Shown: piece after piece, positions 25,216 to 36,900 of the stretch | Layout of the letters: each line of letters opens with the position of its first letter | Position numbering within the stretch: the stretch's first letter is position 1 | Source: Selaginella moellendorffii | Taxonomy: Eukaryota > Plantae > Lycopodiophyta | Length of the DNA: 64,000 nt | Assembly: GCF_000143415.4 (NCBI RefSeq) | Contig: NW_003314261.1 | Span: 5,296,360 to 5,360,359 of the forward strand | Direction of reading: 5' to 3' | Made by a program: the position numbers and the translations under genes | Notes under the pieces: generated by a model | The model's database searches: none | What the model saw: the letters and a program-made list of their open reading frames with translations, nothing else | Told to the model about the DNA's origin: nothing

Positions 25216-26159
25216 GACTGCAATAGAGGTGGACTTTGAGGCAGAGTGAACTCGAGCAGTCGAGGAGGCTTCTTCGGACATATAGCTGCTTTGTGATTAG
25301 GATCAGCACAATAGAGGCAAAGATTATGAGATATTCGACGTTGCTTCTCAACAGGACTCAACTTCCCTCTAATGAGTCGGAGAGTACCAGAAATATCCAT
25401 TGGAACCGGAGCAGTAGGTTCAGGAGTATGCCCCGAAGACTCAAGCTGGGATTCCTGAGTCTGGGACGGAAAAACAGCGGTGTGGCGACTTTCCTGACGA
25501 CGTTCAAAGAGATGATTGTCACATCGAACAGCTTTGTTGATGGCATCCGACAGATCCTTGGGATCCTCCATGGTGAGCAACAAATCCTTGACACCGTTTT
25601 TGAGGCTGAAACAAAATTGGTCAATCAGGGCCCGCTCATCCCACTGAGTGTCCAAAGCAAGGAGTTGGAACTCTGCAGCGTAGATCGAGGCAGGACGAGA
25701 CCCCTGAGAGAGACGTCTCATCTTTGTGGTAGCAGCCCGAACCCGATCTGTCTCCCCAAAACATGCTTCGAGCTTCTCTTTGAACAATTGAAGATCCATC
25801 AGCTCTAGAACCACGACCCCTTTCATGCTCTTCTCCAAAAGAGGAGAAAACCATGACAAAGCTGCACCTTTGAGCAACGTCCCAATCGCGCCGATTTGAG
25901 ACTCGGGAGTAGGGTACCGCCGATGTTGAAGTGCGAAGATCAACTCCATCTGGTTCAGGAATCCGCGAAGCTCCGAACGCTTGCCTGAAAATTTCGCCGA
26001 GAAGCTCACCTTCGGTTCAGGAACTTTGCTGGATCCTTGAGCCGAAAGTGAAGCAAGCTCCTGCTGCATGCGAAGAAGGGTCACCTTCAGCTCAGTATTC
26101 TCAGACTGGATTTTTGCAAGGACTTCAGCAAAGAAATCAGGATGGCTTGGAGACTCCAT
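25188..26159 (-). CDS. Chromovirus Gag (PEG10/sushi-like capsid with CCHC knuckle)
   Basis: Open frame with 'KFSGKRSELRGFLNQ', 'LSQGSRPASIYAAEF', 'CLYCADPNHKAAICP'. Start taken at MESPSH. Confidence 0.9.
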   Translation of the reverse strand: MESPSHPDFFAEVLAKIQSENTELKVTLLRMQQELASLSAQGSSKVPEPKVSFSAKFSGKRSELRGFLNQMELIFALQHRRYPTPESQIGAIGTLLKGAALSWFSPLLEKSMKGVVVLELMDLQLFKEKLEACFGETDRVRAATTKMRRLSQGSRPASIYAAEFQLLALDTQWDERALIDQFCFSLKNGVKDLLLTMEDPKDLSDAINKAVRCDNHLFERRQESRHTAVFPSQTQESQLESSGHTPEPTAPVPMDISGTLRLIRGKLSPVEKQRRISHNLCLYCADPNHKAAICPKKPPRLLEFTLPQSPPLLQSGNDPVQTE

Positions 26160-26645
26160 TGGCAAGAAGAAAGGAAAAAGGGGGAAAAAAAGGCAAAGGT
26201 AATCAAACAATCAAAACGAGCTAAATCAAAAAACGAAAAAACACAATCTGAATCAAACTGTCAAGACCCCTGACAAGATCAAGATTGGAAAATGCAAAAA
26301 GACAAAGAGAAAAGCTAGTGGAAACAAAGAAGAGGCCTTAAACTGGCGTTGATTCAGATTGTGGAGAAATGGAACAAGGCTAACCTATATATACTATAGG
26401 TTGATGAAGCTCCACCACTCTTGGATCGAGGACGGCCTAAATATAGCTGAGGTCGAGGAGGTGCCACATCATCATCAGGAATGTGGCTCGAGACTCAGGA
26501 ATCGGGAAGTGTCTCGAGAGTCAGGAATAGGAAAGTGTCTCGAGAGTCAGGAATAGGGAAGTGTCTCGAGAGTCAGGAATGTGGTCTGCAGGTTAGGAAT
26601 CCGGCGAGAGTCAGGAATGTGGCAAGAATTGGGGGATTCCTGACA

Positions 26646-28174
26646 GCAACAGGTCAAGTAATAGAAGATAAACTCAAACCTATATCAACCAACACAGAGA
26701 AAATAATAAAAGACCTCTTGTTATAAAAATGAGCTTGGAAAGTAAATACTAAATGAACTGGTGCTGAGTGAACCCCTTGATAATACTTCTGAAAAAAAAA
26801 TGGAAGGGTCAGTGACTTATTTGCGCAAGGTCCCTTCGTTACTTGCATGACTCCTCATTTCCTAGATGCATCTCAATGTCTAGCATTTCCATTACAACAA
26901 CACCAACAGGACGTTGACGCCAAGATCTCCACCCAAGAAATGGATCACCAATATGAAAAACGCCAATAACGCCGATAAGTGTGACCAACTTCATCACATG
27001 CCTAACAGCGAATATCATGACCATGACCACGTCCACACCTTTGTCCTTGGACTCAAGCAGTAGTAGCATCAACCTCCATTGGAACAGGACCATCACCCAC
27101 ATGAAGTGGAGCTGAAGGACGTGTAGCAAGAAGTGGAAGAGGCGATATCTCATAACATTGTGCCAAGGAAAGAGCATCGTTAAATGTGGTTGGAGTAAGT
27201 GCATACACAAGTCCAGCAAGATCTTGATAAGTGTTGGCCACAACATCCTAGCTTAATCCGCTCCAACATATTTGTCTCCACACGAAGTAGCAGGCTTCAG
27301 AAACGAGCACTAAATTGCATCACTGACTCCGATGGCCCTTGATGAAAACAATGCAATTGTTGAAAGGCATCATCACAATCATCGGCATGTCTAAATACGT
27401 GTTTAAAGACGTCCGGGAAAACACTCCATCCCCACGAGTGGCTACACTCAAACAATTGTACCATTGCAGTGCTGTCCCTTGGAGACACGTGGGAAACTCA
27501 TGCAAAAAGTGAGCATCATCCTAAGAATGATTGTGGCAATCACTGTGAAGTGATCAAACTAATAGTATACATCATCCCCAAGATTCCCATGAAAGAACTT
27601 TGGTCGAAGGCGAAGATTGGCACCAAGAGCAAGAGGAGTTGTGCCACATGCCATGAATGCCGCCATCAACTGAGTTTGATTATTTAATTGCAATCATATA
27701 ACATCAAGCAATTGCATCAATTGCTGCTCCATAGTCAAAGGAGGAAGAGACTATTGCTCTGCCATGAAAATGAATGAAAAGGAAAGAGCAAAAGAAGAGA
27801 AATGAAAAAAAAACTAAAAGGAAAGGGAAATCTAAATAATGGAAAAGCTAGATCTAAACCAAAATCTTAAAAGGAAACAATAAAAGAAAAGAAAATGGAA
27901 AAAATTAGATCTAGACAATGCAAAAGTTAGATTTAAACCAAAATCCCAAATCCAAGCACTCCTCAGGGACATTGAAATGTGCCTTTCACTTCCACCAATG
28001 TGAGTGCATGAAATATGGAAAGAGAATACAAAAAATGTGCATATTAATTAACCAGAAAACCTTAGTTTATATATAGAAGTGAGTGGTCTGGATTGAAACC
28101 AATTTAACAACTACCAAAATCCCACTATGTTAATATTAGTATATGGCATCGTAACTATACACTTGGACCTCATA
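26646..28174 (-). mobile_element. 5' part of a short-LTR gypsy element: 5' LTR 27999-28174, PBS, degenerate gag and protease start
   Basis: The LTR matches 43306-43482. PBS-like TGGTGGAAGTG follows it. Gag 'HQGPSESVMQFSARF' and 'DGPVPMEVDA'; protease remnant 'VLVDIG'. Confidence 0.8.
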
Positions 28175-28619
28175 ATGGGAAATTATATTTTTGGTAAACA
28201 TTAGAAACTATCATTTAGTGATTATTGAGGGAAATGTGTCATATAAATATGTCAAAGGGTTAAAGTGTGCCCATCTTATATAATTATAGTTTTAAACTAA
28301 GTATGATTAATTAGTGATATACCAGCAGTAATCAAAACATTAAACTAAGTGTGCTTAATTAGTGGGGAATTAGTAATAATTTTAGGGTTGTGACCAATTG
28401 AGATCCTTAAACTCTTGAAACTTGTCTTGGGCATAAACTGGTGTCAATGTTCAATCTAGTTCTACTATGACAGCTGACTCATACTCTGAATCATTACTTC
28501 ACTGATAAGGCTTTTATCCCCAAAGTGTGCACTCTTGGGGTGGTTTTCAGATGGAGGCCATTGTATCAATAGTAGGAGACAAAATACAACTTGTGTTAGT
28601 GTTTGTAGAGTTTCTTTCC

Positions 28620-28756
28620 ACATCAAGGTAAATAATGTCCTATTGATTTAATGTTTTATTTTTCTCTGGTTTGTTTGTACGTTTGGATGGGATAAGAGTT
28701 TTAAGCGGAGCCACCAGTGGAGGACCGCTTGCAAGTGGAAAGCAATGGGAAATCCA
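28620..28756 (+). pseudogene. Synaptotagmin gene fragment (C2B exon plus intron)
   Basis: gcggagccaccagtggaggaccgcttgc is identical to the intact SYT gene near 53920. Confidence 0.8.
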
Positions 28757-28864
28757 CCACCTCGGATATAGACTTCAAGCTTGCGGACCGAAAGCTGATC
28801 GACGCAAAATTGAGACAACGGCAGTGACGCAGTTTAGCAATTTTAATTAGGTCGAAGCGGAGCT

Positions 28865-30286
28865 ATGGCGGTGGTGTGGATGAAGTGGGGGGACGAGGCG
28901 CTGTGCTTCCCACTCCAGGACGGCGCCAAGATGATGGTAAGCTCCATCGCTCGCCACTGGGGCCTGGACCCGGACTCCCTCCGCATCGCCGACTGCGCTC
29001 TAGTCCCAGACGCCGACGGCAACTCGGTGCTCTCTCTTGACGACATGGTAGCCTTGCTCCAAGACCAGCCCGACTTGGGCGATGGTAGCAGCCACGACCA
29101 AGCACTCCTCGTCACTGGCCGCCGCTGCTCTGCCACCAGGGATGCGTGCTCGGCTTGCGATCACCCGGCCGTCCAGGATCTCATCCGACAGCGAGACGAG
29201 GAGGATCTGGTCGCAAGGAAGAAGCAAAGGAGAGAGGCCGCAGAGTCGAGGCAGCGCAAGGCATTCCACAACAGTGTCAAAAACCTGTGGCCGTACGTCA
29301 AGGAGCTCAAGGGCGGTGGCCCGTTTAGGCGCTTGAGGCCAGAGCAAGCTCGCGAACTGCTACAGTCCAGGGTCTCCAAGATGGTGGCTCGCTTGCACTT
29401 TGTGGAGGGCGATGACGAGCCGAGCAACGACAACTATAGGGGCATGGCCGCCTTGGTGAAACCCGATGGATCTTGCTTCACCGCCGCCTCTTGCTGCGAC
29501 CGTAGCTCCACCTCTGGCAGGCATGTCCTGGTGTTCTCGGATCCAGCACTGGAGTACGAGTGCGTGGTGTCTTTCAAGGATCCGATCGCCGTTCTGACGC
29601 CGATCGAACCTGGCGTCATCTTCAACTATTGCATCAACTGGAATGACTGGTTCTGCAACTCGGGTAGTCCCTATAGCTGGAAGCGCGACCCAGAGTCCGG
29701 GGACATCAAGTGCGTGTCGGGCATCTTCCTGGACGGTCAAAGCCTTAGCAGTGGCGAGTGCAAGCCTTACCGCAAGGTGATGCTTCCGTTCGAGATGGTG
29801 GAGGTTGGTGCTCCAGTACTTGATAGCCGTGGAAATCTTGGCGGAATTGTGGTGGAATTCGAGGAGATCCCGGCTCGCAATACTCGGTCCAAGAAGAATT
29901 ATGGGCAGAGGAAGTTCGATATGATTAGCATCCGTGACTTCTACAGCAAGATGATCAGCAGGAATCCTGACTTCGCGAAAGGTTTGGTTTCCGGCCTCCC
30001 TTCTTCTTGGCAGTTTTAACTTAACTGTAACTGTCTGATGTCCTCAGCGCTCGGTGCTGCCCTTGAGCACCGGAAAGCAGCCGTTTATGAGGCATGTGGC
30101 GGTACTGGTCTGACGACTCTTTGGAAGGATTGGATGACAACTCATCCCGTCGGAGGTAAGATACATTCTGGAATACGTGACTTTGACTCCGAAGGTTGTG
30201 GTTTTTATCTGACACAGAATTTGACATTGATGAGCCTTGAAGTAAGAGGTGTAGCCCTGTCAAGGCTTTTGGAGATCTATCAATGA
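28865..30286 (+). CDS. Two-exon gene (28865-29981, 30048-30286; ~451 aa): N-terminal header domain, charged helix, degenerate trypsin-like domain, C-terminal tail
   Basis: Long GC-rich ORF. The GT-AG phase-1 intron sits at the same position as in the paralog at 46390-47712. Trypsin-like pattern 'CFTAASCC...IAVL...GAPVLDSRGNLGGIV'. Confidence 0.8.
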
Positions 30287-31169
30287 GGAAGACCTCCATT
30301 CAGGCTACGTAAAATCTTTAGCTATTATAAGATAGGAGTGTTTTGGAGCCGAATCCAAAGCTCTTGGAGACCTGGCATTCATTTGCAATGTTTTTGTTTC
30401 AGCCGAAAAGGAATATTCGGCATCTTCTTGCAGAGATAATTTCTTGGATGGAGCTGGATTGCTGCTATGGCTGCCTGGATCGCTTGCTTGCTTGGCTCAC
30501 GCTGCTCTCTCGTTTTTGTGTGTGTTGGTCTTTCGTTTTTGCAAAGATTTCAAATGAGCTCCTGACCGGAGGAGAAGGAAGAGGAATAGCCACTTGATCT
30601 TGTTCTTTTTCTCTTCCCAAGAGGACTACGAGCTACGCCACCAATATTTACAGGCTTGTCCCAAGGTAAAGTTTCTATGGCTCTTGCAACTCCGACGCAT
30701 CTGGCACGTAAGGGATGATCTCGAGCATCAATCAAGCGCCCACAACTCCACTCCTTTTGTATCTTTGAACACGCTCTTTCTCACTCCCATATGTGGGACG
30801 ACCGCGCACTTCTCACCGCATTGAAGGCAAGGATTGGACCACGCTGTGGTGTGAAGGACGCGAGCATGGATCGCCCAGCCGATGCCGAGAGCTGCACGGC
30901 ACGCGGGGAAGGAGGCAGCACTTGTTCCAGGGGAAGCTCGCACTGCCGCCGCAGCGCCGCTTAACAGGGCCGCCCTCTTGCACACCTACATCATGTCATC
31001 AGCCTCGCGAAATTTCAGAAGTTCTTCTTGACATACTGCATTGCATTTTTAATTCGCCAATTGATGTGGTACGTCTTTTTTACATTTGAAGTTTTTAAAC
31101 CAGCTTGTGCTTTTACTTCTCAGGCTTTTACAGACCGAAGAACTTGGTTTCTGTTTGCTTCTACTCGGT

Positions 31170-31830
31170 TATCTCTCCTGGCAGTACTCTTGCATTCGCA
31201 GCGAGGCACCATGAGAGATTGAAGACTCTAAGCTTCCGGAAAGCTGGCCTGGAAACGCTTCAGTGTTTCCACTAGTGGAGCTTAAGGTAGGAATTTCTAA
31301 ACTTCTATAATGGCTTTGGAACTTTAAATAACAACAAAGGCATAAACTCGATCCGTCCAGTGGTATTCTTGCCGGGGCGAGTGAATGGGCAGTACATTAT
31401 CGAGGGTTTGTCATCGGGATTTATGTTTGTTCTTGGTGGAATGAGGCAAAACAATTCTCTCTGTCCCATGCTCCAGTTCTCACCATTTTCAGACATAAGA
31501 AAAGAAAGAAAACTTTTACACATTTACTGCTTTTCTTCTTTGCCACGCACGAGGTCTCCTAGTCATTTATCCAAGGGTGCACTTACCACTTACAAGAATA
31601 ATTAGTTCTAAGACACTTAGCAAACTGTCCTATCAGCGTTGGATTCTGTGGAATGATGTTGAGCTTGGATCGGAGATCATCTTCGTTATGCCTGGACGAA
31701 TTATGCTAAAACAAGCCCGTGTTGGGGTACTGGACGAGGCCACTGCATCCGTGAACAGTGCTACTGATGGAGTGATTTCCACCATCGCTCGCCTAACTGT
31801 GGTGGACAGCGACTAAGTCCTAAACGATGG
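31170..31830 (+). pseudogene. Mosaic of ABCC/MRP transporter fragments (both strands) and an OSTC/DC2 fragment
   Basis: 'YSCIRSEAP*EIEDSKLPESWP' (+), '[29 protein letters not shown]' (+, OSTC-like), '[16 protein letters not shown]' (-), 'VLDEATASVNSATD' (+). Confidence 0.8.
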
Positions 31831-31952
31831 TATTGTTTTTGTTTTGGTGATAAAAATCTTTTTAATAAAAAAGAGCTCACATTTCTTCTATTTCTGGATC
31901 ATCAACTTAAGTCTTTGTAATTTCAGAGCCTTTTAAGTTCGGTTGGCTCGTG

Positions 31953-32312
31953 TCAGACGCTACAGCGGCAAATCGGGCAAGTGTGTTTCTTGGAGAGCCA
32001 CATCGAGATACAGTCGCGATGGTAGAAGTGCTTGCACTTGGGCAACACATTCACCTCTTGCCCATCGCCAAAATGCCCAAGGCAAATGGCGCACTCCTCT
32101 CTCCCTCGCTCCCTCACGCTGTAGAGCTCCAGGGGAAGTATCACCGAATCCATGCCATTCTCAAGTTTCTTCTCGGCCTCACCATCCCTGGTGGAAGCTC
32201 CAGTGTCATACCCCGCCTCACCAAAGCTGCAATCTCCATCTTTAATGCACAACCAGCAGCTCCAACCCGCAAACCACGCGCCACCCAACAAGCAACAGAT
32301 TTCAGACATCAC
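31953..32312 (-). CDS. ATL-like RING-H2 E3 ligase (possibly partial)
   Basis: 'GMD..ILP' GLD-like motif and 'CAICLGHFGDGQEVNVLPKCKHFYHRDCISMWLSKKHTCPICR'. The 5' end is uncertain. Confidence 0.75.
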   Translation of the reverse strand: MMSEICCLLGGAWFAGWSCWLCIKDGDCSFGEAGYDTGASTRDGEAEKKLENGMDSVILPLELYSVRERGREECAICLGHFGDGQEVNVLPKCKHFYHRDCISMWLSKKHTCPICRCSV

Positions 32313-32869
32313 CCACTATAGTCGGTGTGATAGGGTTTGTCCTTTCACCTCTTTGGGGTTCTTTTATACCGGTCCGCCACCTTTTCCGATGAGCCTTTTG
32401 CTGGCACCGTACCACCGTACAGCGCTATAAACCGGCGGCATGGCACCAAGCTCGCCATGACGGTGTCTCTCCCCGCTTGGATCATGCAAGAGCTTGCGAA
32501 GGTGGCCCTTGTTTTTCAATTCGTTCACGCCACCAATGTACCTGAGGAAGAGAACAAACGAGGACGGACTGTGATGGAGAAACTTATATAGTTTCGAGAT
32601 CGTGGGGGTGGGGACGTACCTTCCATCGATTCGACTGTAGCCATCGCCCAACTCCGGCTCCATCATGGAGACTCCTTTGTTCTCGAACGCAATGCTGTGG
32701 ATCGCTGTGGTGTTGCTGCATTCCTCGTCGTGTGGTTTGAACTGGAGCATGAGCCTGTCCCTGGATCGTCGAGCTCGAGACCTCCGAGATCCAGTCTTCG
32801 TTTCGGATTTGCTCCATCACACTTGGCGGCGTTGTCTCTGGTGGAAGAAGAAGTCACGCATTGAACCTC

Positions 32870-33225
32870 AGCTCCAATTCTCCATCTCCCAGATTTTTCA
32901 AGAAATTCATCTTCAAAACAGATGCTTCTGATGCTGGAGTGGGAGCTATCTTGAAGCAAGTGCATGGATTAATAGCTTTTGAGAGCTGGAATTTCTCGGA
33001 GGTGGAGTCTTGCCAACCAGCAAATGAACAAGAGATGCTGGGAGTTATCCATGCAGTGACAAAGTGGAGGCACTACCTGCTGACGGTGAGACTCATTCTC
33101 TGAATGGATCATTTCAGTTTCTCCTCAAGCCAACAAGAAGCGAAAGAGGTCGATAGAGCGGCTGCAATCACTCGACTTTACTATTGAGTATAAGCGGGAA
33201 AACATTCTTGACAGCGCATCCAGAT
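32870..33225 (+). mobile_element. Isolated gypsy RNase H fragment
   Basis: 'FKTDASDAGVGAILKQ...EQEMLGVIHAVTKWRHYL' and 'LQSLDFTIEYK'. Confidence 0.85.
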
Positions 33226-33933
33226 AGCCACGCGTCAGACAAGCAATAGGGTTGACTTTGACCACCATAGCTTTGAAAAACACATCTGCCCGTTCAAGTT
33301 CCTCGGCACCAAAAAGCCCAGTGTATCGTTTCACCTGCAACCGAGTGAGTCACAATACAAAGCAGTTCAGACGCACAGGTACAGGTACACAGTACTCGCC
33401 ACCTCAAAATATGAGTTAAGTTAGTCGTTTGCAGCAACCTTTCGTCGACCCCGTGACAAGAGAACGCCTGGATGATCTGCTGGCTATTTTCATCAGAGCC
33501 CGGATAGTGGGCAAGCAAAGAGCAGATTCACTATGTCCCTGAGTATCTCGAACGTCAACTCGTGGCCTTCCTTTTCCACCGGCCACTTGTGTTTCACAAC
33601 ATCCTTGGGTATGGTCAGCAAAACAAAGAACTAGATTGACAAAAAGAGAATAAGTCGCCTTGATGGCTTCATCAAAGGAGAAGAAGGCAGCAACCTGAAG
33701 CGGGGTCATACAGTATCAAACTAAACACAAACCCACCTTTCCCCACAGATATTGGGCGCTGCTTCCTAATTCGTCGTCTCCAAGACAGTCGAACTCGTAG
33801 AATCTGAATATCAACTGCAGAAAGACAAAGAGAAGCAACACAACTTAGTTATAAAACACACCTTAACGAGCTTCAACATAGAATCATAGCACTGACTTGT
33901 ATAAACAAGGCAATCACAATTTATCGCCAACTC

Positions 33934-36900
33934 TGTTAGGTGCCAGCTTTGACTACGTGGTCAACGTCGGTCAAAGGGAGACTCAAGGTATATTAAGGCA
34001 TGTTAGGGTAAGGGACTTAACCTACCCTAGCACTCACAGTGGAGCGGTGGCGTAGTGGAGCTTTTGAGGTAGCTCGGGGGTGGTTGGGTGGTGAGGAACC
34101 TCAAGAGGTGGTATAGCATAGTCTAGGGCGACTAGATCTCTGTCTTTTTGCGCCGGATCATAACATTGGTATCAGAGGAGTTGGTTGCGATGGCTGACCA
34201 AGCTGAATGTTGGAATCCTATTGTCGATGGTGGTGCCGATGAAGCTGCAAAGATTTGAACCATTCAAGATGTGGTTCATGAGCTGTGAGCCCTTATGGCC
34301 AATCTTCTTCTCATGATAAGTCAGATACAAAAAAGTTGCAAACTTTGTAGCATGAGGATGACGGAAACGAGGAGGAAGAGACTTTCGATCATTGCTCATC
34401 AGCTCAACTCTGTGTGGAACAAGATGGAGCTCGAGGATACGCATAAATCAACTTTAATGCTGGAGGGCATGTTTCGTGGCGATCCAGTGTGGATTTTACT
34501 GGATAGTGGGAGCGATGACAACTTTGTTTTAGCAAAGTTTGTTGTGGAGCATGGCCTGGTCACACGCGGAGTTCTTCCATACACAGTGGAAGGTGCAGCT
34601 ACCTCTGCTCAGCATTTCGATGCTTGTGTCGAGGGGCTAGAAGTGTTGGTTGGCAAAACCACACTTGTGGAAACTTTTTATCTCGCAGATATCCATTGTG
34701 TAGATCTCATTCTTGGGATGCCATGGTTGGTGAAGGTGGATTCAGAGATAAAGTGGAGTATTAAGCGTATCTCGCTGGAGTATAGTGGCGTTAAAGATGT
34801 GTGGTTTGGCTAGGGCATTTAGCCACCAGTTGTTATGCTCTCTGCTACATCTTTGAAGTGGGTTTGTCGTAATGGAAAAGCACTTTTGAGTTACTTGTTG
34901 TTTGTTTGTGACTTGGGGGACAAAGGCACGTGTGGGGGAGAAGCAACTGTACGGGATGTACTTGATGAGTTTTCTGATGTTTTTCCATCTGAACTTCTTT
35001 ATGGATTGCCTTCGTTATGAGGTGTGGAGCATGGGATTACATTGGAGCCGGGGATGCAGCCAATTTATTGGCGTCTATTTCGGTTAAGTTATACGGAGGA
35101 GCAAGAAGTTCAACGACAAGTCAAGGAGTTACTTGAGTTTGGATTTATTTAGCTAAGTAAGTCTCCATTTGGTGCTTCGATCTTGCTTGTGAAGAAGAAG
35201 GACGGTTCAATGCAAATGTGTATGGACTACCATGCTTTGAACAAGAAGACAGTGAAGGATAAAATGCCGATGCCACGTGTGGATGATATCCTAGACAAGC
35301 TTGATGAAGCACAAGTGTTTACCAAGATTGATCTGAGGAGTGGATATCATCAGATTGCAATGGATGATGCATCTATCTCCAAGACGGCATTCAACACAAG
35401 CTTCGGACATTTTGAGTTTATAGTTATGCCGTTTGGTTTGACGAATGCACCAACCACATTTACTCGGTTGATGACAGAGGTATTTGGGCGTTATCTTCAT
35501 GAGTTTGTGGAGATTTTCCTGGACGATATTCTTGTTTTTAGCAAGAATATGGAGGAGCATAAGGTGCATTTGTGCAAGGTTCTTTTATTACTTTGAGACA
35601 GCAAATTTTATGCAAAGAAGAGCAAATGTGAATTTGCAAAGTTGGAGGTGGAATATCTAGGCCATATTTTGACATCTAAAGGTGTCAAGACAGATCTAAG
35701 GAAGGTAGCTGTGGTGGAAAACTGACGTACACCGACTACAGTGGCTGAGTTGTGCAGTTTTCTTGGTATGGCTAGTTACTACCGACATTTCTAGCATAAG
35801 TTTGCAGAGGTGGCTATTCCTTTGACGCGGTTGTTATGCAAGAATGTGCCATTTGAGTGGAAGAAGCCACAAGAGGAGAGTTTTGTGGCGCTGAAGCGAT
35901 TGTTGAGCGAGACTCCAGTGCTTCGCATTGCTGATCTATCGAAACCTTACGAGATTGAAAACTCCTGCAATCTCTAAACTGGGAGGAAACGTCCACACAA
36001 GATCTTCCTAGGAGTTTCAAATCTAATCTAGTCTCTAAATCTAAAACTACACTACAAGATGAATGCACTTACCTGCTTGTGCCAAGCCAAGTAGAGACTA
36101 TGAACATGTGCTTGAAGGTGTTAGTCCCACGCCTTTGATCCCTTGAAGGCGGTGGGTAAGTAAGACATTGCCATTGCCATGAAGAGCCAAAGAGATAAGC
36201 AGAATGACGATGTATTGCAATGTATTTTGTATTAGGGATAAGTCTAAAAACATTCTAAGTCCTACTTTTATAGTTGCTACTGCTCACGTCAAGGTTAGGA
36301 ATACAGTCCTAACCTTGAACCTCTCAAGTTTACTTTCCTAAGCTTGAATCCTCGAGCTTGTCTTTTTCTCCCTTCTCCAGAGATGACATGCGATGCGAGT
36401 GGTTATGCACTGGGAGGAGTTTTCATGCAAGAGGGACAGCCTATTGCATATGAGAGTCAAACTTTGAATTCCGCAGAGCAACGCTATTCCACATATGAGC
36501 AAGAGTTACTCTCTATTGTTCATGTTTTGCGGATGTGGCGGCACTATCTTTATGGTGCAGTGTTCGTGGTGTTGACAGATCACAAACCACTTGTGTATCT
36601 TTTCACACAAAAGGAGTTGAACACTAGGCAAGCTTGTTAGATGGTCAAACTCATAGAGTTTGGGGAGTTTCCTATTGAGCATCATCCAGGAAAATCAAAT
36701 GTGGTGGTAGATGCTTTATCTCGTGTTCATCATGTGATAACGTTACAAACACGATTTTGTCATCATTTGAGTAAGGTGGTTAGCAAGTTTGGGCAGTTGG
36801 TTGAGCATGCTCAGGCTCAGGATGCTGAGGTGGCCTCTTTGCGAGACCAGATGGAAGCCCTTTTCTCATTGGTGGATGGAATTCTCTACTACAATGGCCG

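Larger units (their letters stand above)
21407..26645 (-). mobile_element. Near-intact chromovirus (Tcn1/Tf1-sushi-like Ty3/gypsy); 3' LTR mostly lost
   Basis: 5' LTR 26259-26645 (TGTCA...TGACA), gag, pol with chromodomain, PPT GAGGAGGGGG at ~21449-21458, and a ~40 bp 3' LTR remnant at 21407-21445. Confidence 0.93.
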
